DNA of 37,969 nucleotides from Candidatus Nomurabacteria bacterium (GCA_003518045.1 DOZK01000021.1:8975-46943); one strand, 5' to 3'. Positions 26,554 to 33,530 are shown, counted from the first letter of the stretch. Program-made: numbers and translations. The notes: generated from the letters alone by a model not told the origin.

Positions 26554-26710
26554 AAAAATTAATGAGGGTTTCTATTATGTGAAGTAGTTAGTTCAACAAC
26601 CATTTCTCCTTTTAATTTAATCTTCATAATCTTATATACACCATATGCAAGATTACATAAGATTATAAGAAAAAAGTAAAGGTTTTGTATGTGTTTTTCT
26701 CTACTTTTTA

Positions 26711-26746
26711 AGAAAAACCCTTGAATTACAAGGATTTCTTTTTTTC
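26711..26746 (+). terminator. Putative intrinsic terminator of the AAA+ gene
   Basis: AGAAA..CCTTG-AATTA-CAAGG..TTTCT hairpin followed by TTTTTTT. Confidence 0.45.
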
Positions 26747-26760
26747 AGTCTTTTTAACAA

Positions 26761-26873
26761 ATTCCAAGGCAAGGCCTTGGAATCAAAGAAATCTAGACAC
26801 TGGATCCCAGGTCAAGCCTGGGATGACACAAACTACGCAGTAACCCGTGCGAACTCCAAGGCCCTGCCTTGGA
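26761..26873. repeat. Hairpin-repeat cluster (three modules)
   Basis: ATTCCAAGGC-AA-GGCCTTGGAAT; GACACTGGATCCCAGGTCAAGCCTGGGATGACAC (26796..26829); TCCAAGGC-CCT-GCCTTGGA. Confidence 0.8.
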
Positions 26874-26890
26874 AAAATTGTTTTCCGTTT

Positions 26891-28276
26891 TTAAAATTTA
26901 AATAAGGACTTAAACCAGGTGATTAGGCGGGTGTCTTTTGGTTTACTAGATTGGTTTGTTAGGAGGGTTGCGGAAGAGGAAGATGTTTTAAGTGATGATG
27001 TTCCAAGATTTTGATTAGATAAATACTGTTTTGTAATTATTTTATTTGTAATTAATTTATTTAAAATTTTGGTTGAGGTGCTACTTGGTAATTTTTCTGA
27101 AAGTTGATTTGACGGGATTAAAATAGTTGAAGTAGCAACTCCGGCAACAATACCGATTAAATTTTGATTTAATGAATTCGGTAATGTATAACTGACAACT
27201 TCTTCTAAATTTGGAAATAATATTTTTACAACACTATTTTGATTTATTGTTGTACTAGCAAATCCCATAGCTATACCAGAGAAATGTGTTGTCTCCCCTC
27301 CTAAAATTATTGTATTTTTTGGAAAAGGAAAAGCTTTACCATCAAAAGAAAGTTTCCATTGTGATAAATCTAAATCATAATTATTTGGATTATAAATATC
27401 TACATAAAGACCGTACTTTCCAGTATCTACTTTTGTAATTGCAATGTCTGGTGATACGACACGGATTTTCATACTAGCATTACCCAAAACATGGCCATTA
27501 CCTGCTTCGACTTTTGCTAAATATCTTCCAGGATAAACATAACGATACAAAGTTGTAGTCCCCTCGCCTTGTCCACCATCACCATATGACCAAGAAAAAG
27601 TTAGACCTTCTATATTATTTCCTCCGCGAGTCATTCCGTAAGTTGTAAAATTTGAATCCGCTCCAGCAACTACAGTTTTTTCAAATGGCATGTATAAAAC
27701 AATATCGGGAGATGGCGCGGATTGTGCTTGAATTGTTTGTTGGGTATTTGTTGAGGTTGCATTATTTCCAGAGTCTGAAGAAGTTACGGCTTGATTTTCA
27801 GCGCCTGGAGTTGGGTTACTCGATACAAAACTTCCACTAACCAAAGAAAGCGTAAAAGAATCTTTTGCGGCTGTGTATGATGAAAGAGAATCAACTATCG
27901 AACCAGATAATTTAATATCAATAGATGTAACACCGGTATTAACTAGACCAATTCCACTTTTAAAAAGTGGCCCATTATATGTTGGATAATCTTGTAAAAA
28001 TTTTGTAGACCCGCTAACAATAGAGCCAATAATCGCATAACCACCTGGTGTTAAATTTGTTCCACCTGAGAGCGGTGTTACAGCAATTGCTGTAGCACCT
28101 TTAATGGAAATAGTCATAGCTGAGAGGTCTACACTATTTGCAGTGTTATTAAAAATTTCTATCCATTCACGACCATCATCAACACCTGTTGGATTAGACA
28201 TCACCTCACTAATAATAAGCGCATTTGCTTGAGTTACAGCACTTATAAAAAGTAAAAGTGAGAAAATCTTTTTCAT
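26891..28276 (-). CDS. Secreted lamin-tail-domain (LTD) protein with PKD-like domain
   Basis: ATG at 28276 (7 nt after the ATPase stop) gives signal peptide MKKIFSLLLFISAVTQANA. LTD block ISEVMSNPTGVDDGREWIEIFNNT; PKD-like FSWSYGDGGQGEG...YRYVYPGRY; second LTD-like block YVDIYNPNNYDLDLSQWKL. Confidence 0.7.
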   Translation of the reverse strand: MKKIFSLLLFISAVTQANALIISEVMSNPTGVDDGREWIEIFNNTANSVDLSAMTISIKGATAIAVTPLSGGTNLTPGGYAIIGSIVSGSTKFLQDYPTYNGPLFKSGIGLVNTGVTSIDIKLSGSIVDSLSSYTAAKDSFTLSLVSGSFVSSNPTPGAENQAVTSSDSGNNATSTNTQQTIQAQSAPSPDIVLYMPFEKTVVAGADSNFTTYGMTRGGNNIEGLTFSWSYGDGGQGEGTTTLYRYVYPGRYLAKVEAGNGHVLGNASMKIRVVSPDIAITKVDTGKYGLYVDIYNPNNYDLDLSQWKLSFDGKAFPFPKNTIILGGETTHFSGIAMGFASTTINQNSVVKILFPNLEEVVSYTLPNSLNQNLIGIVAGVATSTILIPSNQLSEKLPSSTSTKILNKLITNKIITKQYLSNQNLGTSSLKTSSSSATLLTNQSSKPKDTRLITWFKSLFKF

Positions 28277-28283
28277 TTTAAAA

Positions 28284-30086
28284 TTATTCGTCTCCGATAA
28301 TCTTTCGCAAGACCTCTTCGGGAATTTCTTTTTCACCGCTTTCACTTTTTTCTCCGCTAGTTGGCAGATTTATTTTTTTAACATCTTCAACTATTGCATT
28401 GTTCTCACTCATAGCGCGAGCTAAGGCTTCTTTAAGAGAGATGGCTGGCTTGTCATCAAAATGTTTAGGCTTATCTAAAATAACTTCTTTCACTTTATTG
28501 TCTTCTGGTTTATAGAATTGTTTATTATTATCTCTTCTGTCATTACCTCTTCCGTTACTTCCCTTTCTATTTTCATCTCGATGAGTTTCTCTATTATTGT
28601 CTCGGCCATTGTCCCGCACACTTTCTCGATGAATTTCTTTTTTTGGCTCAACAACTTTTTCTTTTTCATTATTTTCCACATGGTTATTTTGTGGAAGTGG
28701 GGTATCTTTTTTTATTTCTCTTACTTTTACATATTTACCTTCCTCTTTTGGATGATGCTCTTTTTTTGGCTCAACAACTTTTTCTTTTGGTTTATAAAAC
28801 TCCGCAACTTCTTCTTCTACTTGGGATACTGCTTTACTATAACGTAATCTTGAGGACGCAACAACTGCTTCTGCAAAAGAATTATCTGGCTGTCTGATTG
28901 GTGGAAGTGTATGCGCTGAAAACGGCTTTGAACCGACACCGTCAATCATAAGACGAAGATAAATCTGATAAGCCGAGAGGTTTACAATGTCATCTAATAT
29001 AAAATACGGGGCGAATTCTTTTTCAAAAATCTCGGCATCTGCGGCACCAACTCGAAAAGCAATCATGGTACCAACGTTTCCAAAAACTGCGGCTTTCACT
29101 TCATCGGTCATTTGCTCTACATATTGATGGGCAACTGTGAGAGCTAAATTATATTTTCTAGCTTCAGATAAAATACTTGCAAAAGATTCATTGGCGAAGT
29201 TTTGGAATTCATCCACATAAAAATAAAATGGTGGTAGCTTTTCCAATTCATAAGGACCAACGTCCGCTCTCGACATTGCTGCTAAATATATTTTTGTAAT
29301 TAAAAGTGAACCAATAAGATTTGCATTACTCTCACCTACTTTCCCTTTTGACAAGTTAACTATTAAAATTTTTTTATTATCCATCACTTCACGTAAATCA
29401 AAAGAAGTTTTTTGCTGACCGATAATATTACGAATGAGTGGATTGGCTACGAATTGTCCAACTTTATTTTGAATAGCAGGAGCGGCCTCAGCAGCGAAGC
29501 GGTCTGTATAATTTGCATATTCATTTACCCAAAAATCACGAACTGTTGGGTCAGTAACATTTGAAACAATAAACTTTCGATATTCTTTATCTGTTAACAT
29601 TCTATTTACTCCGAGTAATGTTTGATTTTCATTTTCAAGAAGAGCAAGAATAATATTATTTAAAATATATTCCATACGTGCAGAAAACTGATCTTGGAAA
29701 AGTTTTTTAAACGCTGCCATAAGACCGTTTGCCACCAAGTGACGCTTGTCTGGCGCTACTTGTTCCAAAACATTTAATCCAAGTGGATGATCGCTATCAA
29801 AAGGTGCAAAATAAATAACGTCTTTTACACGTGCTTCTGGAATATGATCCAGTAATTTTTCTGCTGTTGAACCGTGAGGGTCAATAAAACAAACACCTTC
29901 GCCGTTATTTATATCTTGAATAGCTAAATTTTCAAGAAGTGCGGATTTACCCATACCAGTTTTACCGATTACATAAGTATGTCGAGTCCTGTCATTTTCT
30001 TTTATACCAAAAGTAAGTTGTTTATTGCGGAAGTCAACTTTACCAATATATGTAACTTTTTCTTTAATGATTTCCTTGTCGGACAT
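28284..30086 (-). CDS. P-loop ATPase, type IV coupling protein (TraD/VirD4/TraG)-like, with disordered K/E/R/N-rich C-terminal tail
   Basis: ATG at 30086 (MSDKEII...). Walker A VIGKTGMGKSALLENL, CFIDPHG, Walker B FYFYVDEFQNF, ARKYNLALTVAHQY. The tail contains a duplicated KEKVVEPKKE segment. Confidence 0.65.
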   Translation of the reverse strand: MSDKEIIKEKVTYIGKVDFRNKQLTFGIKENDRTRHTYVIGKTGMGKSALLENLAIQDINNGEGVCFIDPHGSTAEKLLDHIPEARVKDVIYFAPFDSDHPLGLNVLEQVAPDKRHLVANGLMAAFKKLFQDQFSARMEYILNNIILALLENENQTLLGVNRMLTDKEYRKFIVSNVTDPTVRDFWVNEYANYTDRFAAEAAPAIQNKVGQFVANPLIRNIIGQQKTSFDLREVMDNKKILIVNLSKGKVGESNANLIGSLLITKIYLAAMSRADVGPYELEKLPPFYFYVDEFQNFANESFASILSEARKYNLALTVAHQYVEQMTDEVKAAVFGNVGTMIAFRVGAADAEIFEKEFAPYFILDDIVNLSAYQIYLRLMIDGVGSKPFSAHTLPPIRQPDNSFAEAVVASSRLRYSKAVSQVEEEVAEFYKPKEKVVEPKKEHHPKEEGKYVKVREIKKDTPLPQNNHVENNEKEKVVEPKKEIHRESVRDNGRDNNRETHRDENRKGSNGRGNDRRDNNKQFYKPEDNKVKEVILDKPKHFDDKPAISLKEALARAMSENNAIVEDVKKINLPTSGEKSESGEKEIPEEVLRKIIGDE

Positions 30087-30099
30087 GGAATATAGTATA

Positions 30100-30127
30100 C
30101 AGTGAGCAGTGGACAGTGACCAGTAGA
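30100..30127. repeat. Heptamer tandem repeat (CAGTGAG CAGTGGA CAGTGAC CAGTAGA) in the 5' region of the ATPase gene
   Basis: Four consecutive CAGTNNN units, ending 14 nt upstream of the ATG at 30086 (minus strand). Confidence 0.7.
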
Positions 30128-30148
30128 TACGAAGAGGTAAAGGGGAAA

Positions 30149-30180
30149 AATATTCAATGAGACAATTTTCAATATTCAAA
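30149..30180 (-). repeat. 32-nt TTGAATATT box, copy in minus orientation
   Basis: Reverse complement TTTGAATATTGAAAATTGTCTCATTGAATATT matches 31738..31769 at 29 of 32 positions. Confidence 0.8.
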
Positions 30181-30229
30181 GAAAATACGAGATGCTTAAA
30201 TTAATTTTCAATATCCAATTTTCAAAAAA

Positions 30230-30265
30230 GACAGACCTGGATTCCCGCCTTCGCGGGAATGACAC
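30230..30265. repeat. Single hairpin-repeat unit
   Basis: GACAGACCTGGATTCCCGCCTTCGCGGGAATGACAC; same flanks as the other units with a different complementary stem. Confidence 0.8.
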
Positions 30266-30317
30266 GACAAATTACAATAATTTAAAATTTTAAAAAAAAT
30301 ACAAAACAATAAAGGTT

Positions 30318-30386
30318 CCTCGCAGCAAGCTGACGAGGTATTTTAGGAACTCGCTTCGCTCGTACTAACGCGTAGCAAGCTACGCG
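30318..30386. repeat. Two GCAAGC-centred hairpins
   Basis: CCTCGCAGC-AA-GCTGACGAGG (30318..30338) and CGCGTAGC-AA-GCTACGCG (30369..30386). Confidence 0.75.
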
Positions 30387-30471
30387 GTATTTGAACCTTT
30401 TTATGTCGTCGCTCGGACTAAATATAAAAGAGTACTTTTCTATTTAGCTCCTCACTAGACAAAATAAAAAA
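30387..30471. repeat. 85-nt intergenic repeat element, copy 2
   Basis: Direct repeat of 1..85 (see first feature). Confidence 0.85.
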
Positions 30472-30494
30472 GGGGCCGTCTTGCGACAGCACCC
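30461..30494 (-). terminator. Intrinsic terminator of the 30546..30881 ORF
   Basis: Minus strand GGGTGCTGTC-GCAA-GACGGCCCC (one mismatch, one bulge) followed by TTTTTTATTTT. Confidence 0.55.
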
Positions 30495-30545
30495 GAGGAT
30501 GATTGAACACACAAATTAAGGTTGGCAACGCCCACCGGAACTTGC

Positions 30546-30881
30546 TTACATGTCCTTATGTACCGAGTTTGGATCTATCGGTCCCTGTGCCTGGGGTGCG
30601 ATTTCTGGCGAATGATTCAAATCAAGTAGATCTTGGGCCTTCGCGGCAATACCGCGAGTAACCTTGATACACCCCACAAGGAACTCCTCGATATTACCTT
30701 GCAAAACACGAAGTTCGGCTGGCAGTCCCAGCTTAGTTCCCTTTTCATTGACCTCATCGGCGTGTCCAGCCTTAAGATACAAAAAGAGGTTCAATACCTC
30801 CTCGGGGCTCATCTCACTAATTGGCACCACGAACTCAGGTTTTAAAGTCTTGAGACTATCAAGACTTAAGATTTTAGCCAT
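30546..30881 (-). CDS. Hypothetical protein, GC-rich orphan ORF
   Basis: 111-aa ORF (second ATG, 6 nt after GGAG). Clearly higher GC than its neighbours, with its own terminator. No motif recognised. Confidence 0.55.
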   Translation of the reverse strand: MAKILSLDSLKTLKPEFVVPISEMSPEEVLNLFLYLKAGHADEVNEKGTKLGLPAELRVLQGNIEEFLVGCIKVTRGIAAKAQDLLDLNHSPEIAPQAQGPIDPNSVHKDM

Positions 30882-30968
30882 CATTTTCTCCAGTCAAACA
30901 AAATCGAAGAGTAGGAATCCACTCTTACGATAAGACTTATCCTACCTTTTTGTGTACAACTTGTAAAA

Positions 30969-30998
30969 TTATAATAAACAGACTATTATAATAGATAT
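30969..30998 (+). promoter_or_regulatory. hicB promoter/operator: inverted repeat overlapping a TATAAT box, leaderless spacing
   Basis: TTATAATA-N7-TATTATAA inverted repeat (30969..30991); TATAAT at 30987..30992, then 6 nt to the ATG at 30999. Confidence 0.5.
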
Positions 30999-31313
30999 AT
31001 GAAAAACTCTGTACAAAAAGGAGAAGTGCGCGTTGTAAGCTTTAAAAAAGGCAAGCTATGGTATGCTGTTGCTCTTGAATTTAATATTGTTGAAACTGGT
31101 TCTAACTTTTCAGAAGTTATGCATGGGCTTCAAGAAGCAATTGAAGGTTATGTAGAAGCTGTAAAAAAAGCTAACATTAGACCTTTCCCTTTAAATCAAA
31201 CTCCATTAAAAGAATACGAAAATGTTTGGAGTGTAGGGCAAAACAAAAAAGCTATTCGTAATACCCCCAGCCCTTTTTATTTTGGAACTCTTAACTTAGC
31301 AGCTTATGCCTAA
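30999..31313 (+). CDS. hicB: HicB-like antitoxin (N-terminal HicB fold only)
   Basis: 104 aa; WYAVALEFNIVETGSNFSEVMHGLQEAIEGYVE pattern; 8-nt overlap with hicA; no recognisable RHH/HTH domain. Confidence 0.55.
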   Translation: MKNSVQKGEVRVVSFKKGKLWYAVALEFNIVETGSNFSEVMHGLQEAIEGYVEAVKKANIRPFPLNQTPLKEYENVWSVGQNKKAIRNTPSPFYFGTLNLAAYA

Positions 31314-31536
31314 AGGTTTGAACAACTGGTCATATAGACAAGTTGTTACTTTTTTAAAAACTTTTCATTTTCAAGAAATACATTCAAGGGGTGATCATTT
31401 TTACTTTTGTGGAGTTTATAATGGAACACCAAGAATGGTTACTGTTCCGAAGAAAAAAATAATTAAGACCGGAACAATGAAAGGTATCGTTGCCCAATCT
31501 GGAATTCCAGAATCTATTTGGAGAAAACAAAAATAA
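31306..31536 (+). CDS. hicA: HicA-family toxin (YcfA-like mRNA interferase)
   Basis: 76 aa; FLKTFHFQEIHSRGDHFYF...TVPKKKIIKTGTMKGIVAQSGI matches the HicA pattern including the conserved His. Confidence 0.7.
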   Translation: MPKGLNNWSYRQVVTFLKTFHFQEIHSRGDHFYFCGVYNGTPRMVTVPKKKIIKTGTMKGIVAQSGIPESIWRKQK

Positions 31537-31545
31537 TAATGAACT

Positions 31546-31666
31546 ACCTCGCAGCAAGCAGGTGAGGTATCTTGTGTCATCCAAGGCTTGACCTGGGATC
31601 CAGGTACAGACACTGGATCCCCGCATTCGCGAGGATGACACAATTCCCGCAGCAAGCTGCGGGGAA
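31546..31666. repeat. Repeat cluster: GCAAGC hairpin, inverted pair of GTCAT/ATCCAG units, GCAAGC hairpin
   Basis: ACCTCGCAGCAAGCAGGTGAGGT; GTGTCATCCAAGGCTTGACCTGGGATCCAGGTAC + GACACTGGATCCCCGCATTCGCGAGGATGACAC (31574..31641); TTCCCGCAGC-AA-GCTGCGGGGAA. Confidence 0.8.
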
Positions 31667-31737
31667 TGAACCCTAAGAGGGATTCAATGAAACAATAATC
31701 AATATCTAAAATAGATAGAACTACGTATTTGCATTTG

Positions 31738-31769
31738 TTTGAATATTGAAAATTATTTCATTGAATATT
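31738..31769 (+). repeat. 32-nt TTGAATATT box, overlapping the stop codon of the hydrolase gene
   Basis: TTTGAATATTGAAAATTATTTCATTGAATATT; related copies at 30149..30180 (inverted) and 35145..35176. Confidence 0.8.
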
Positions 31770-32985
31770 AATCAGCTCCTTTGAGGGCAGATGGCGTGTA
31801 GTGGTTAGAAGGATCCCAAAGCATCCACGATTCAATTCCCAATTTCTCTCCTGCTGTTATCTGCGCTCTCACCATCTCGGCGGTATATGTTGCTCCCATA
31901 TCAAAGTCTTGATAAAAAGGTCTATACTTCGCGAGCACTGTGCTTGTGGCTTGTCCAGTACTACTTGCAACTTCATCTGCAATTTCTATCCCCTTCTTCA
32001 TTGAATAAGAAATAATTTCTCCTGGATGTTCTGCTGGATTTTTATATCCATTAGTGCCGGCATAAAAATGCGAAGGGTAAATCATAGGCGAAACATAATC
32101 AAAAGTTTCAAGTGCTGTATGCATATCTTGACCAAGCACAGCAATATCTACTTTTGTAATCATAATTATTCCAAACAAATCCCCTGAGACTGGTATGCCT
32201 TCTTTGTGAAGTGCTTCAGTTATATAGCGATAAAAATCCCCAATAATTGCAGACTTACTGATCCTTGCCCTCTCTCCTGAAATTGGAAATGACATATCTG
32301 CCAAAGCCCCATCTGTAGGGAAGCGAATATAATCAAGATTGACTTCATCAAATCCTCGCGCGTAAGCATCTTTAGAAATATTTTCAATATATCTCCACAT
32401 TTTTGTTGACCCAGAATCTACCCATGGAATACCTTTGTGGTCTTTCCAAATTCCTCCAGTTTTTTTCGAGAGTACTGCTTCATCGGGAAACTTTTTTACA
32501 TAAAGTGGATCTTGAAAAGCTGCGACGCGTGCTATTAAATAAATATTTTTTGCATGTAACTCATCAATAAATTCATTCAAATCTCTAACACGTCCTTCCC
32601 AAGAAATAACTCCGGTATTGTCTTTCACATCTATTACGATTGCATTTATTTCTGTGTCGTCAACTATTTTTACAAGTTTATCTCTAAAAGATGGCGAGCC
32701 AGCAACCCAGCTCGACATATAAATTGCTTTTACATGTTCTGGTGTTTTAATATGAGTAACTATTCGCACTGTACTCGTTGCTTTATTTTCCTCAGGTTTT
32801 ATTTCTTCTTCGGCTTTGACTGTTTTTGAACCTAATAGGGTTTCTATTTTAAAAGGATTAGTCGAACTTGCTGTGTAAACAAAACTTCCGATATTATTTA
32901 AAAATGCCACATGGCGATACCCACCATCTGCTATCCAGAAAAAAAGAATAATTAAAAAAGTAGCAATACTAATTTTAATTCTCAT
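31768..32985 (-). CDS. Putative glycoside hydrolase-like TIM-barrel protein (DUF4015/GHL type) with N-terminal membrane anchor
   Basis: 405 aa; VKAIYMSSWVAGSPSFRDKLVKIVDDTEINAIVIDVKDNTGVISW and FDEVNLDYIRFP blocks, recalled from DUF4015-type proteins. Confidence 0.6.
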   Translation of the reverse strand: MRIKISIATFLIILFFWIADGGYRHVAFLNNIGSFVYTASSTNPFKIETLLGSKTVKAEEEIKPEENKATSTVRIVTHIKTPEHVKAIYMSSWVAGSPSFRDKLVKIVDDTEINAIVIDVKDNTGVISWEGRVRDLNEFIDELHAKNIYLIARVAAFQDPLYVKKFPDEAVLSKKTGGIWKDHKGIPWVDSGSTKMWRYIENISKDAYARGFDEVNLDYIRFPTDGALADMSFPISGERARISKSAIIGDFYRYITEALHKEGIPVSGDLFGIIMITKVDIAVLGQDMHTALETFDYVSPMIYPSHFYAGTNGYKNPAEHPGEIISYSMKKGIEIADEVASSTGQATSTVLAKYRPFYQDFDMGATYTAEMVRAQITAGEKLGIESWMLWDPSNHYTPSALKGAD

Positions 32986-33203
32986 GCTACTTTAGGAGTT
33001 TCTATAACACTTTCTTCATGTGGGTCTTCAAAAGTTTTTGGGCGTTTCTTTAAATCAAGCGTGCTGACGAAAAGTAAAATACCTGCGATGATAAAAAAGA
33101 TGTCTTTGTAAATACCAGGAATAAAAATCCAAGGAGAAATAAAAAGGAGGATAGCGATGGTTCGTTGAATTCCTAAAGGTGACATGGGGGTAGTATACAA
33201 CAT
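32982..33203 (-). CDS. Small membrane protein (two hydrophobic helices)
   Basis: 73 aa; ...TIAILLFISPWIFIPG...FFIIAGILLFVS...; stop overlaps the downstream start (ATGA). Confidence 0.5.
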   Translation of the reverse strand: MLYTTPMSPLGIQRTIAILLFISPWIFIPGIYKDIFFIIAGILLFVSTLDLKKRPKTFEDPHEESVIETPKVA

Positions 33204-33324
33204 GTCGTAAGTAAGCGGAAGTGGTTAAAAGCTTGAAAATAGTTGCCTTTATCTGAGCCAATTTTTAATTTTTAATTTTCAATTTTTAATGAAAATACTT
33301 AAAATTACGAAACTAATGTGTATT

Positions 33325-33427
33325 GTGTTGTCATACCCGCACAGGCGGGTATCCAGGTCTGTGTCTAAAATAGAACACTAGACCCGCCCGCCGGCGAGGC
33401 AGGTTCCCGCCTTCACGAGAATGACAC
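33325..33427. repeat. Inverted pair of hairpin-repeat units (second unit degenerate, with GC-rich insert)
   Basis: GTGTTGTCATACCCGCACAGGCGGGTATCCAGGTCTGTGTC ... CACTAGACCCGCCCGCCGGCGAGGCAGGTTCCCGCCTTCACGAGAATGACAC. Confidence 0.75.
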
Positions 33428-33441
33428 AAATACAAATAATT

Positions 33442-33476
33442 AATGCATGACCGCGCCGTAGGCGCGGTCATGCATT
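33442..33476 (-). terminator. Perfect 16-bp GC-rich hairpin downstream of rsmI (probable terminator)
   Basis: AATGCATGACCGCGCC-GTA-GGCGCGGTCATGCATT; on the minus strand it is followed by AATTATTTGTATTTG. Confidence 0.5.
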
Positions 33477-33530
33477 TAGTATTTAATAAATAAAAATTAA
33501 AAATTTTAAATTAAAAATTGGTTATATTAT

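Noticed and set aside
25151-26971. Diversity-generating retroelement (TR/VR pair) explanation for the duplicated LTD gene 3' end
   Set aside because: Mismatches between the copies involve all base types rather than adenine-specific substitutions, the first 51 nt are almost identical, and there is no reverse transcriptase gene in the window.
28490-28897. Three short ORFs overlapping the ATPase tail region
   Set aside because: They are alternative frames or the antisense strand of a low-complexity K/E-rich coding segment. Open frames there follow from the base composition.
1-30471. Prophage or integrative conjugative element bounded by the 85-nt repeats
   Set aside because: There is no integrase, relaxase, or phage structural or replication gene. 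The single T4CP-like ATPase is not enough. The repeats are kept only as a recombination or assembly-relevant observation.
31384-31655. Two minus-strand ORFs (85 and 79 aa) overlapping hicA and the repeat cluster
   Set aside because: They are antisense to the well-supported hicA gene and extend into the GC-rich hairpin repeats. This is typical of spurious frames opened by repeats.
30230-31700. Integron cassette array with attC sites around the small orphan ORF and hicBA
   Set aside because: The hairpins lack the attC R''/R' core sites (GTTRRRY-type), no intI gene is present, and the genes have their own promoters.
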